DNA of 64,000 nucleotides from NCBI GenBank assembly GCA_048939995.1, contig JBHLOY010000007.1:1-64000 (forward strand). The letters run 5' to 3'. Under the pieces are notes generated by a model, which was given only the letters and a program-made list of their open reading frames with translations, had not been told where the DNA came from and ran no database searches. How positions within the stretch are numbered: the first letter of the stretch is position 1; each line of letters starts with the position of its first letter. Below, piece after piece: positions 1 through 9,575 of this stretch. The translations under genes and the position numbers were made by a program. Origin of the DNA: Promethearchaeota archaeon (GTDB lineage: Archaea; Asgardarchaeota; Lokiarchaeia; Sigyniarchaeales; SOKP01).

Positions 1-1209
1 TTAAATAAGGATATTGATTTAAAATTTATAGCAGAAAGGACTCATGGATTTGTGGGAGCAGATGTCGAAGCATTATGTAAAGAGGCTGCAATGTTAGCTA
101 TTCGAGAAATATTACCAAAATTTGATTTTGATAAGCCTATCCCTATGGAGATTTTAGAACAACTTCAGATAAAGATGGAAAGCTTTCTTCAAGCTTTAAA
201 TAGTATCGAACCATCTGCTTTAAGAGAAGTCTTAATTCAGCAACCAAGGGAAACCTGGGAAGATGTAGGAGGATTAGAAGATGCTAAGCAACAGTTAAGA
301 GAGGTAATTGAATGGCCTTTGAAATATCCTGAACTGTATAAGCACTTAAATTCCAGACCTCCGAACGGTATATTATTATTTGGACTTCCTGGTACAGGTA
401 AAACCCTACTAGCTAGAGCTTTAGCTCATGAAAGTGAAGTAAATTTCATCTCAGTAAAGGGTCCAGAATTTTTATCTAAATGGGTAGGTGAGAGTGAAAA
501 GGCAGTTCGAGAAACTTTTAGAAAAGCTAGAGCAGCAGCTCCATGTATAATATTTTTTGATGAGATTGATGCAATTGCGGGTATGAGGGGGAGATTTGCA
601 AGTTCAGAAGTAACTGAACAAGTAGTATCACAATTATTAACTGAAATGGATGGGTTGGAAGATTTGAGAGATGTTATATTAGTAGCAGCTACTAATCGTC
701 CTGAGCTTCTAGATCCTGCTCTATTACGTTCTGGTAGATTTGGAAGACATATTGAAATTCCCATTCCAGATTTAGAAAGTCGAAAAGAAATCTTCAAAAT
801 TCATTTAAAAAATAAGCCTTTAGCTGAAGATGTTGATATCAATAAGTTAGCGGAGGATCTAGAAGGATATACTGGTGCTGATATCCAAGCGATATCTGAA
901 GAGGCTACCTTATTAACTATAAGGAATGCAGTTCCATCCATCAATGAGAAAAAACAAAAAATTCAAGATTATGATAATCAATTAAAAACATTAAGGGAAG
1001 AACAATCAGTTAATATTAATATTAATCTAGAGAAGGAAACTAAAGATTTGGAAGTTAAAATAGAGAACTTAAAAGCTCAATTGGTTGATAACATTTCACT
1101 TTCAAAAGAAGATTTTAACCAGGCAATGGCAAAAATTCTTAAAGGCGCCGATCGCGCAAAAAGTGCTCATGATAGATATGCTAAAGAAGCTGAGGACTTA
1201 TATAGATAA
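1..1209 (+). CDS. cdc48: CDC48/VAT family AAA+ ATPase, 5'-truncated by the window edge
   Basis: Frame is open from base 1 (LNKDIDLKFIAERTHGFVGAD...). D2 Walker A GLPGTGKT, Walker B IIFFDEID, second region of homology ATNRPELLDPALLRSGRF. C-terminus ...DLYR. Confidence 0.96.
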   Translation, partial: LNKDIDLKFIAERTHGFVGADVEALCKEAAMLAIREILPKFDFDKPIPMEILEQLQIKMESFLQALNSIEPSALREVLIQQPRETWEDVGGLEDAKQQLREVIEWPLKYPELYKHLNSRPPNGILLFGLPGTGKTLLARALAHESEVNFISVKGPEFLSKWVGESEKAVRETFRKARAAAPCIIFFDEIDAIAGMRGRFASSEVTEQVVSQLLTEMDGLEDLRDVILVAATNRPELLDPALLRSGRFGRHIEIPIPDLESRKEIFKIHLKNKPLAEDVDINKLAEDLEGYTGADIQAISEEATLLTIRNAVPSINEKKQKIQDYDNQLKTLREEQSVNININLEKETKDLEVKIENLKAQLVDNISLSKEDFNQAMAKILKGADRAKSAHDRYAKEAEDLYR

Positions 1210-1239
1210 TTTTTAACACTAAAAAGGTGTGAATTAAAA

Positions 1240-2064
1240 ATGGAAGTTGAAGAAAAGGATGAAAATATTCAAATAATAAGCTTAGATTCTTTATTAGAGA
1301 TATTGGGTAACCCTACAAGAAGAGCAATTTTGAATAAATTGGCTAAGTTCCCACACTCTGCTCCAGAGCTAGCAAACGCATTAGGTATTTCAAGACAAGC
1401 TGTTCATAGTCAATTAACGTTACTTCAAGAAAAAAATATAATTGAACCTCTTGAAGCATCTGAAATTAGAGGTGATAAATACCGCATAAAAACGAATATT
1501 TCAGTAAATATTGATATAACTCCCGATTATTACAATATCAAATATAATACCAGCACTACTGACCCAGAATCAGAATTGGTTGAATTCAAGGATATGAATT
1601 GTTCAATTAATTATTCTAAAATAAAGGCCCCAAATGATAAAATCAGATTCTTGAGCGACGAAATTAGAAAAATCGAACAGAGTATGACAGATTTAGAACT
1701 TAAACGAAAAGAAATCCTGAATCAAAAAGAATGTTTAATTTTAGAAATAAAAAATTTAATGCATGGACAATTTAAAGATAATTTGGAAAAATTACTTAAA
1801 GAGAAATATGAAGGAGATATCAAAGATAAAAATTTAAGAGCAAGTTTAAACCTTACAGAGGAAATATTAACAACAATGTTTTTTAATCCAGAACGGTATT
1901 TTAACCGCTTCAATATTAATAAATTAATGGAAGATCTTTTTCTCTCAGATATGGACAGATATGAACGCGATCGCCGATTTGGTTCGATACGCCCTATTTT
2001 AGAAGAAATTTCGCGATTAATGGGTTTTTTCCGAGAAGATGATGATTGGTTTTTTGATTTTTAA
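1240..2064 (+). CDS. ArsR-family wHTH transcriptional regulator with coiled-coil C-terminal region
   Basis: N-terminal LGNPTRRAIL...SAPELANALGISRQAVHSQL ArsR HTH. AGGTG SD upstream. Directly follows cdc48. Confidence 0.85.
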   Translation: MEVEEKDENIQIISLDSLLEILGNPTRRAILNKLAKFPHSAPELANALGISRQAVHSQLTLLQEKNIIEPLEASEIRGDKYRIKTNISVNIDITPDYYNIKYNTSTTDPESELVEFKDMNCSINYSKIKAPNDKIRFLSDEIRKIEQSMTDLELKRKEILNQKECLILEIKNLMHGQFKDNLEKLLKEKYEGDIKDKNLRASLNLTEEILTTMFFNPERYFNRFNINKLMEDLFLSDMDRYERDRRFGSIRPILEEISRLMGFFREDDDWFFDF

Positions 2065-2083
2065 TTAAAGTTAGGAGAAAGTT

Positions 2084-2584
2084 ATGAAATTACGAGAATT
2101 TAAGCTTGAAATGCCTGAGATTTTCGAAAAGGTTAAAAAAGATGTTAAAGCTGTTTTAGGCCTTCATAGGGCTGGTTTAAGCCTCGGTTTAGCAGAATTG
2201 GGGATGAAACGTGGATTTTTTATAGGAGGAATGCATTTCTATCCCGGTCATGATATAGTTATGAACATATCTCCCCTGATAAAAATTCTAGAATCACAAT
2301 CTTATGAAATTGTATGGGCTTATACCTATCACATTCTTTTACATGAATACATCCATTCCCTAGACAAAATTGATGAATATGAGTGTAGAATACTAACTCT
2401 TAAAGTGACTGAAGAAATATTCAATGATAAACACCACCCTGCCTTAATTATTGCTAAAAATGGAATAGGAACTTTTATTCCTAACCTAAATCTCATATAC
2501 CTCCCTCCAGAACGAAAACCAGACGGTATTCCAATTGAATATGTTTATGGTTTTGATCGAGAAAGCCAAACGTATTTCTCTTAG
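2084..2584 (+). CDS. Zincin-like putative metallopeptidase
   Basis: HExxH motif (LLHEYIHSL). AGGAG SD. Confidence 0.6.
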   Translation: MKLREFKLEMPEIFEKVKKDVKAVLGLHRAGLSLGLAELGMKRGFFIGGMHFYPGHDIVMNISPLIKILESQSYEIVWAYTYHILLHEYIHSLDKIDEYECRILTLKVTEEIFNDKHHPALIIAKNGIGTFIPNLNLIYLPPERKPDGIPIEYVYGFDRESQTYFS

Positions 2585-2713
2585 GATATTCTTTATAGAA
2601 ATCTGTTTTAAAGACGTTTTATAAATTACCAGATTTCATTTGACAATAATTAAAGTTTTTTTAAATTATTCAATACTATTAAATAGAATTACTTTAAATT
2701 GGTGTAATTTAAA

Positions 2714-3778
2714 ATTTCTAAATCATCCTCAAATGCGAATAAAGAGCAAGGAACTATCGCAAAAGATCTCATCATTGAACCTGATCAATTAATCTTTAAT
2801 TGGAAGTATAAGGATGTTAAGAAAAAGCTAACCTATGATATAAAAAAATGCATAGGTTGTAGCTTATGTAAGTTAATCTGTCCTGTAGATGCGATAGAAT
2901 TAGGACCAGTCCCTGAGATTGCTCAAAATATCTTAGATGATTCAAACCCAAAACTCTTTATAGATCATGAAAAATGTTGCTATTGTATGCTATGCGTAAT
3001 TGTATGCCCCACAGATGCATTTCATGAAAATATTGAACCCGAAGGACAGATTTCATTAGACGAGTTTCCAGCGATTGGTAAATTCTTTAAAATTGATATG
3101 GATAAATGTATTGAAGACAAAAATAATAAAATCTGTAAACTTTGTCTGACAATTCGAGAAAGAAATGCCATTAGAGAGTATTTCCAGATTGAAAAAGAAT
3201 GCCCTACCCATTGTTTTCATATAACCTCTCCAATTAAGGGAGAAGTGATTATTAAAAAAAATATGCTGCATAAATGTGATCCTCAAGGCTGTAAAGCTTG
3301 TGTTAATATCTGTCCTACTGAATCTTTTTTTATCCCCGAAAAAGCTGAAGAAGTGATAAAATATGGTAAGATAGCTTGTAACGAAGATGAGTGTTTTTAT
3401 TGTGGAGCATGCGTAAATTCTTGCCCTGATGATTTGATAATTGTAAACAGAAAACAAATAGAAATTATTGATCCCAAAAAGAAAGGAAATTATCCCTGGA
3501 TTCAAGGATGGATTAAAAATATAAAAGAAATACTAAGAAGAAGGCTAGTTGAAGGAAAAGAACAAATATCAATACCTATTATTGAACAAGAAATTAAGGA
3601 AGTTAAAGCTAAAATTGAGGAGAAAATTCCACAGCTATCAGAAGAAGATAAAGTAAAATTATCTGAACTGAATGAGAGAATTCAAACTTTCTTAAGATCA
3701 TCAAAGATTAGATATTGGATCAAAGATAAAAAGACTGAAAAAATTTCGAAGGAGTTAAAAAAAATCTTAAATCAATAA
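2714..3778 (+). CDS. Polyferredoxin / multi-[4Fe-4S] protein; start probably ATT at 2714, not ATG at 2987
   Basis: Frame is open back to a TAA at 2705-2707 and includes extra motifs CIGCSLCKLICP and CCYCMLCVIVCP. The ORF-track ATG lies inside the second motif. Further motifs: CKACVNICP and CFYCGACVNSCP. Confidence 0.85.
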   Translation: MSKSSSNANKEQGTIAKDLIIEPDQLIFNWKYKDVKKKLTYDIKKCIGCSLCKLICPVDAIELGPVPEIAQNILDDSNPKLFIDHEKCCYCMLCVIVCPTDAFHENIEPEGQISLDEFPAIGKFFKIDMDKCIEDKNNKICKLCLTIRERNAIREYFQIEKECPTHCFHITSPIKGEVIIKKNMLHKCDPQGCKACVNICPTESFFIPEKAEEVIKYGKIACNEDECFYCGACVNSCPDDLIIVNRKQIEIIDPKKKGNYPWIQGWIKNIKEILRRRLVEGKEQISIPIIEQEIKEVKAKIEEKIPQLSEEDKVKLSELNERIQTFLRSSKIRYWIKDKKTEKISKELKKILNQ

Positions 3779-3894
3779 GCATAATATTTCTAGAAACGCT
3801 TAGGGTATGGATGGAAAAATTATTTTTGTTTTTATAATCAAAATTAAACTAATTTTATATGGATTAAATTAAAAATAAAAAATAATTTCTTAAA

Positions 3895-4179
3895 ATGATT
3901 CTAAAGTTAAAAATAAAGGGTAAAAGAAAACAAGAAAAAAAAATTTACCTATGGATCCAGAGACATAAGGATTTCAAGCAAGATATTCAACAATTATTGC
4001 AATTTTTTAAAGATCAAATCTTAGTTTCTAAAAAGAGAAAGATTTTACCTTATTATCGAATAGCTTCTGAAAATCCTGCAATAGCTTTATCCTTATTTTC
4101 AGCAATACAAGATTTAATCCCTGAAGTTTACTTTAAAGAAGAAAGTAAATTTGAATTAGAAGAAACAGTAAATCCCTAA
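3895..4179 (+). CDS. Hypothetical protein
   Basis: 94-aa ORF with protein-like composition; no recognised motif. Confidence 0.55.
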   Translation: MILKLKIKGKRKQEKKIYLWIQRHKDFKQDIQQLLQFFKDQILVSKKRKILPYYRIASENPAIALSLFSAIQDLIPEVYFKEESKFELEETVNP

Positions 4180-4213
4180 ACTTTAATTTTTTGAAGAAAT
4201 CAGGAATTTTTAA

Positions 4214-4324
4214 TTAAATACTAAGTATGATGATCGGGATAGAAATTATCAATGCAAATAAAATCATGAGAATCGTGATTGCTTTATCCCTTAATAAGTT
4301 AAGTTTACTACTTTGTTTAGACAT
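4214..4324 (-). CDS. Small single-pass membrane protein (36 aa, MSKQSSKLNLLRDKAITILMILFALIISIPIIILSI)
   Basis: Read manually. Strong AGGTGG SD upstream of the ATG, basic N-terminus, then a hydrophobic helix. Below the ORF-track size cutoff. Confidence 0.55.
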   Translation of the reverse strand: MSKQSSKLNLLRDKAITILMILFALIISIPIIILSI

Positions 4325-4564
4325 AATATTACCACCTAACAGATATATAAAAATTCATCTTTATTAGTTTGTTCATTCGTGAAATTCTAGATTTTTCTTT
4401 ATAAAGGGATATCATATCTGTATATTACCAAGGAAAATTTATAACTTCTTCTACAGTTTGATCCATATGTCATCTCCTCTTTATGCTCTATTCCACTGAA
4501 GCGTTGCAAATAGATGTGTGGATTATTAAAGTATTCTCTTATGAAGTATTGATTTATTAAATCC

Positions 4565-5545
4565 TTAATCATTGAGTTCTTTTAAATAATTACAATAAGT
4601 ACACATATTTGAGTTCCCAGAAGGGTATCCACATACTTGACAATAATTATATTTTACTTCTTTATAACTATGGTATAGAATCTTAGATAATTCTAAAAAT
4701 CCATTTAGCAGATTAAATTCAATTTCAGGACTATATGCTTTACATTTTTGGATAAAATCTAAAACTCTTTTTCTTATAATTGGGTCCTTCTCCCTATAAG
4801 GACAGTGGGAAGGATAGTAAAATAATTTTTTTAAATTAGCATAGAGGAATATTTCCTCTTCCGGAATTCTCATTAAAGGTGTTATCTTTTTAAGAAAAAA
4901 TTTGGAAATGTTCTCACTTTGTTTTTTGAAGATATATTGTTTTCCAATTAACGGAAGTCTTTTATATAAAATATTCATCATAAAAGTTTCAGCAATATCA
5001 GTAAGATTATGCCCTAATGCAATAATATCGCCACCTAATTTTTTTGCCTCATCATTTAATAGCCTTCTTCGAAATGTAGCACAATAATTACAAGCGTATC
5101 GGTAATCAGGAGAATCCTTTTTAATATTTATTATCTGATCTAAACTGTATCCAACAGCTTCTTGAAATCTTAAGATTTTATGCTCAATATTATATCTTCT
5201 GCAAAATTTTTTAGCATATTCCACACTCTGATCTCGATAGTCTTTGATTCCCTCATCTATTGTAAGAGCAATAACAGGATTTGAATTGTAGGTATTTTCT
5301 TGAATCTTTATTAAATTATAAAGTAGTGTAATTGAATCTTTTCCTCCTGATAATGCTACGATAATTTTTTTATCTGGTTGTAGCATCTTATACTTTGAAA
5401 TAGTTTTATAAATATTTTCCTCAATAGAATTTTCAAAGCAACTAGTGCATAAATCCTGTTTTGAGATTTTTCTATGAATTATAATTGAATCATTCTCGCA
5501 AGAGGAACATTTCCCATTTTTCAAGAAAATCTTATAATTATTCAT
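4565..5545 (-). CDS. tRNA 2-thiolation protein, TtuA/NcsA/Ctu1 (TIGR00269-like) family
   Basis: PP-loop SGGKDS, central CxxC (CNYC), GHN motif, CP motif, and N- and C-terminal Zn-finger CxxC pairs. Confidence 0.88.
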   Translation of the reverse strand: MNNYKIFLKNGKCSSCENDSIIIHRKISKQDLCTSCFENSIEENIYKTISKYKMLQPDKKIIVALSGGKDSITLLYNLIKIQENTYNSNPVIALTIDEGIKDYRDQSVEYAKKFCRRYNIEHKILRFQEAVGYSLDQIINIKKDSPDYRYACNYCATFRRRLLNDEAKKLGGDIIALGHNLTDIAETFMMNILYKRLPLIGKQYIFKKQSENISKFFLKKITPLMRIPEEEIFLYANLKKLFYYPSHCPYREKDPIIRKRVLDFIQKCKAYSPEIEFNLLNGFLELSKILYHSYKEVKYNYCQVCGYPSGNSNMCTYCNYLKELND

Positions 5546-5600
5546 TAAAAAGACAATCCTTCTTTCTCTAACACTTTTTACTTTAAACTATTTTTAACAA

Positions 5601-5706
5601 TGGGAGAGGGGGGATTCGAACCCCCGACCCCTAGGTTTTTTGCTTTCGTACAATAGGTTTACGTAAGACCCAAACCTAGAATCATACCAAGCTAGACCAC
5701 CCTCCC
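5601..5706 (-). tRNA. tRNA-Pro(UGG) with a 32-nt canonical-position intron (5637-5668)
   Basis: Reverse complement gives acceptor GGGAGGG/CTCTCCC+A, D arm, anticodon stem CTAGG/CCTAG, loop TT-TGG-G^A, T arm GGGGGTTCGAATCCCCC. The intron forms a BHB (UUUG/CAAA central helix). CCA is not encoded. Confidence 0.95.
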
Positions 5707-5857
5707 TTTGAGAATGAGTTCTAAAGATTAAATATAACCTCTAAAACTTCTCTTATTTAGGAGATAAATTGAAAATTAAATAAATCTTTTTATTAGATAA
5801 AAAAAATTAATTAAATAAAAAAGTTTTTCCGTTAAATATCAGATAAGTTTCATTGAA

Positions 5858-6409
5858 ATGAAAAAGAAAATTTTACTTCTTAAAATTGGTCAAATCAGTG
5901 AAGCAATCATATTAAAATTGAAGAAGAATTTAGAATGGACCTTTAAAGATTTTAATATGAAGCTTGAAATAATACCTAAAGAACTCGATTTGAAAGATTC
6001 CTTTTACCATTCCCAAAGAAGGCAGTATGATGCTAATAAAATTATGAAGGAAATGAATCAATTTTTATTTAATTATGACTTTTTTCGAGTTTTAGGAATA
6101 ATTAATGAAGATATTTACTCAAGGTTTTATAATTTTATTTTTGGGTGTGCAAGTGGAATTGAATCCAATATTGCTTTAATTTCCGTAGCTCGATTAGATG
6201 AAAAATTTTATAATAGAACTGAAAATACTGCTCTACTTGAAAAAAGAGTGTTAAGAGAATCAATCCATGAGCTAGGTCATACTTTTGGCTTAGAACACTG
6301 TGAAGATTATTGTGTCATGCAATTTTCTAATAGTTTAGCAGAAGCTGATAATAAACCCTTAAAATTTTGTAAGAATTGTAATAAACAATTAGAGAAGTTT
6401 TTCGCTTGA
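5858..6409 (+). CDS. amzA: Archaemetzincin Zn-dependent protease
   Basis: HELGHTFGLEHC motif, CVM Met-turn, and C-terminal FCxxC. Confidence 0.9.
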   Translation: MKKKILLLKIGQISEAIILKLKKNLEWTFKDFNMKLEIIPKELDLKDSFYHSQRRQYDANKIMKEMNQFLFNYDFFRVLGIINEDIYSRFYNFIFGCASGIESNIALISVARLDEKFYNRTENTALLEKRVLRESIHELGHTFGLEHCEDYCVMQFSNSLAEADNKPLKFCKNCNKQLEKFFA

Positions 6410-6414
6410 AAAAA

Positions 6415-7419
6415 TCATCCATATCTATTTTTGAACTTATTAAATAAGGATTCGCTAATTTTCATGATATCTTTGTTATTTTTTACTAACTTTCTCAATT
6501 CATAAGGGATATTTTTTAAACCAAAATAAGCTCCAGCTAAACTGCCTCCTATAGCACCAACTGTATCACTATCTCCTCCAGCGGTTGCTAATTCAAAAAT
6601 GCATTCTTCAAATGAATGTAAACTCTTTAAAAATATGAATATTGCACACGCAACAGTACTTAAAGTATAAGGGTGAATAAATGCCTTCCCAAGATATTCT
6701 TCTATAAAATAAGGAGATTTAACTCCAATTTGTGAAAATTTAATCAACCCTGATTCAATTGAAATGTTGAGATTTTGTTCCACTTTCCTCAAAATATCGA
6801 TAAATTCCACCCATATTTTATCTTGAGAATTTGATATTGAGGATATAATGACTTCAAAAAACTCATCGATAGGAAATCCGTTCTCTGAAGTTTTTCCTAT
6901 CAAATAAGATATAGCTCTTGCTATAACTATCGCTCCTGCTGAAGCTGCTGGATGGGAATGTGTAATAAGACTCGACTTTAATGCCACAGTGTTTAAAGTT
7001 TTTACATCTCTACTATAAAACAATCCTATCGGAGATACTCTCATTGCTGTTCCATTACCACCTGAATTAGAAGCAGCTTCTCTCCAAGGAATTTTGTATT
7101 TCAATTTTTGAATTGAACTCAAGCACCCATAACCGGGCCCAATAGGAGGATCATCCAACCATTTTACATACTCTCTAACAAAATTATCTAAATTAAATCC
7201 TGACCCCTGAATTAGAGCCTCAGCAGTATGAAGTGTTAATTGGGTATCATCAGTATAAGTATTAAACAACTTTTTATGACTTTTTAAAAATTCCCCAAAA
7301 TCAGTAAATAATGAATGAATTTTTTCTCGTAATACACCTTCAAATGGGTGACCTAGCGTATCTCCTATAGCTACTCCAAATAAAGTCCCTGAAAATTTAT
7401 CCAAATAATCAATTTTCAT
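6415..7419 (-). CDS. ADP-ribosylglycohydrolase (DraG/ARH family)
   Basis: GDTLG, YTDDTQ, GNGTAMR, THSH and GGDSDT motifs. Confidence 0.92.
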   Translation of the reverse strand: MKIDYLDKFSGTLFGVAIGDTLGHPFEGVLREKIHSLFTDFGEFLKSHKKLFNTYTDDTQLTLHTAEALIQGSGFNLDNFVREYVKWLDDPPIGPGYGCLSSIQKLKYKIPWREAASNSGGNGTAMRVSPIGLFYSRDVKTLNTVALKSSLITHSHPAASAGAIVIARAISYLIGKTSENGFPIDEFFEVIISSISNSQDKIWVEFIDILRKVEQNLNISIESGLIKFSQIGVKSPYFIEEYLGKAFIHPYTLSTVACAIFIFLKSLHSFEECIFELATAGGDSDTVGAIGGSLAGAYFGLKNIPYELRKLVKNNKDIMKISESLFNKFKNRYG

Positions 7420-7584
7420 ATTATTAAGCCAATTTTATAAAAAGTTCATATTTTACTTATTATTTAATTTTTCTCCATAAATTCAAGATTCGATCTCAGT
7501 AATTAATCTCATAAAAATAATTTTTAAAAGGTATTCTTACTAATTTATGTTTTAATAAAAAATATAAAAATTGTATTAAGTAAA

Positions 7585-8499
7585 ATGGCAAAAATAGAAC
7601 AACTAAGAGATGTAATAACAGCAACGCTTACACCCTTTAATGAGGATCTATCGTTAGATGAGAACAATTATCGTGAATTTATAAGATTTCAAATAAAGAA
7701 TGGTTGTAAAATCTTAACTATGGGAACAACTGGAGAGAGTGCTACCATGTCACATGAAGAACATCATCAAGCAATTAAAGTTGCTGTTGATGAAGCAAAA
7801 AAAACTGATAGAAATACTTTTGTTTTAGCTGGAACAGGGAGTAATGCAACAAGAGAGGCAATATCACTTTCTCAATTTGCTGAAAAAGCAGAAGTAGATG
7901 GATTACTCCTTGTAGTCCCTTATTATAACAAACCTCCTCAGCACTCATTAATTGATCATTTTTCTAAAATAGCCGATTCAGTCTCATTGCCAATAATTTT
8001 GTATGACGTACCGTCTCGCACTGGAACAACACTAGAACCTGAGACTATTTCTAAATTGGCGTATTCTAAGGAAAATGTAGTAGGAATAAAATGCGCTTCT
8101 GGGAATATTGATCAAATAACAAAAATCTGCCAGAGTACACCAGATGATTTTATTATTTTAAGCGGAGATGATGGACTGACGTATCAGATCATGGGTCTAG
8201 GAGGCCGAGGGGTCATTAGTGTAGCTTCAAATATCATTCCAGCTAAGATGCTAAAGTTTACTAGATTAATGAATGAGGGAAAATGGGAAGATGCTAGGAA
8301 AATGCAATTTGAACTTTATGATCTATTTAAAGTTTTATTCGTTGAATCTAATCCTATTCCTGTGAAATACGCAGCAGAATTAATGGGATTAATGAATAAA
8401 AGAATGAGATTACCTTTAACTCCTCCTTTGGTCGAAAATCAAGAAAAAATCAAGAAAGTCTTGAAAACTCTAAATTTAATTCCTTTAAATTACATTTAA
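7585..8499 (+). CDS. dapA: 4-hydroxy-tetrahydrodipicolinate synthase
   Basis: GTTGES, PYYNKP, LYDVPSRTG, catalytic Lys in GIKCAS, SGDD, ESNPIPVK. Confidence 0.95.
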   Translation: MAKIEQLRDVITATLTPFNEDLSLDENNYREFIRFQIKNGCKILTMGTTGESATMSHEEHHQAIKVAVDEAKKTDRNTFVLAGTGSNATREAISLSQFAEKAEVDGLLLVVPYYNKPPQHSLIDHFSKIADSVSLPIILYDVPSRTGTTLEPETISKLAYSKENVVGIKCASGNIDQITKICQSTPDDFIILSGDDGLTYQIMGLGGRGVISVASNIIPAKMLKFTRLMNEGKWEDARKMQFELYDLFKVLFVESNPIPVKYAAELMGLMNKRMRLPLTPPLVENQEKIKKVLKTLNLIPLNYI

Positions 8500-8512
8500 G
8501 AGGATATATAAC

Positions 8513-9334
8513 GTGATTAAATTATTAATTTTAGGCCCTACGGGCGCTATGGGGAAATTAATTAGTGAATTAGCGCTTAAGGATGAAGAAATAAATGTTG
8601 TGGCTGTTTGTGATATTAATAATGTGGGAAAAAAACTTGCTTCTTTTATCACTGTTAATGTTCCTAATGAACTTATAATCCAAGATGTAAATAATCTACA
8701 AGATGTAATTGATCAAACTAAGCCCGAAGTTGTCGTTGACTTTACAATAGCAGCAGCAACTGAAAAGAATTGTAAAATCTGTATCCAAAATGGTATTAAG
8801 TGTGTTATAGGAACAACGGCTTTATCGCAAGAATTTCTTGATGAATTTGCAAATTTAGTAGAAAAATTTAATGCACCTTCGGTTATTTCCCCAAACATGG
8901 CTATTGGTATTAATGTGTTATTTAAAATGGCTTCAATGCTGACTAATTATTTAGTTGATTGGGATATCGAGATAATAGAAGCCCACCATCATAGAAAACT
9001 TGATGCTCCCAGTGGTACTGCATTAAAAATAGGAGAAATCATCAGTGCTAGTCTTAATTCAAATTTTGAACAAATAGCTAAATTTGGAAGGAACAAAGGC
9101 CAAAATAAAAGAAAAATTGGTGGTAAAAATGAATTAGGGGTTCATTCGATTCGTGCAGGTGATATAGTAGGAGATCATATTATTCTTTATGCTGGGACTG
9201 GAGAAAGAATTGAATTGAAGCATCAAGCACATAATAGATTCTGTTTTGCTAATGGAGCAATAAAAGCAATTAAGTTTATCGTAAAAGCTGAAGAAGCCAA
9301 AATTTATTCCACAAGTGAAGTCTTAGGATTGTAA
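8513..9334 (+). CDS. dapB: 4-hydroxy-tetrahydrodipicolinate reductase
   Basis: GPTGAMG, DFT, GTT, EAHHHRKLDAPSGTA, RAGDIVGDH. GTG start with GAGG SD. Confidence 0.95.
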   Translation: MIKLLILGPTGAMGKLISELALKDEEINVVAVCDINNVGKKLASFITVNVPNELIIQDVNNLQDVIDQTKPEVVVDFTIAAATEKNCKICIQNGIKCVIGTTALSQEFLDEFANLVEKFNAPSVISPNMAIGINVLFKMASMLTNYLVDWDIEIIEAHHHRKLDAPSGTALKIGEIISASLNSNFEQIAKFGRNKGQNKRKIGGKNELGVHSIRAGDIVGDHIILYAGTGERIELKHQAHNRFCFANGAIKAIKFIVKAEEAKIYSTSEVLGL

Positions 9335-9460
9335 TAATACTTTTGTGTTTTATTAAACACATAAGTTATAGATTGAGATAAAATTACAAAATTTTTCAGA
9401 GCAGATCAGTATTTTCATCAATCTCAAGAATAAGATTTCATAACGCCAACTCTTCATTTA

Positions 9461-9492
9461 AAAGATTAAAGGGTATCCTGACTTTAATCTTT
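9461..9492. terminator. 11-bp inverted-repeat hairpin between convergent dapB and lysA
   Basis: AAAGATTAAAG-N10-CTTTAATCTTT. Terminator function is inferred only from its position. Confidence 0.35.
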
Positions 9493-9575
9493 GATAATTT
9501 TATAATTCTATCTCGTTATAATAGAAATTAACTCAAATTTTAACTTTTTTCATAAACAAATATAAATTTAATTTC

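Noticed and set aside
4425-4466. 13-aa minus-strand ORF MDQTVEEVINFPW with a GAGGAG SD
   Set aside because: Too short to support from sequence alone, despite the good SD.
9340-9430. Short hairpins with an AUGA on the minus strand, considered as a SECIS element
   Set aside because: No matching GA quartet partner, and the flanking genes have no in-frame UGA.
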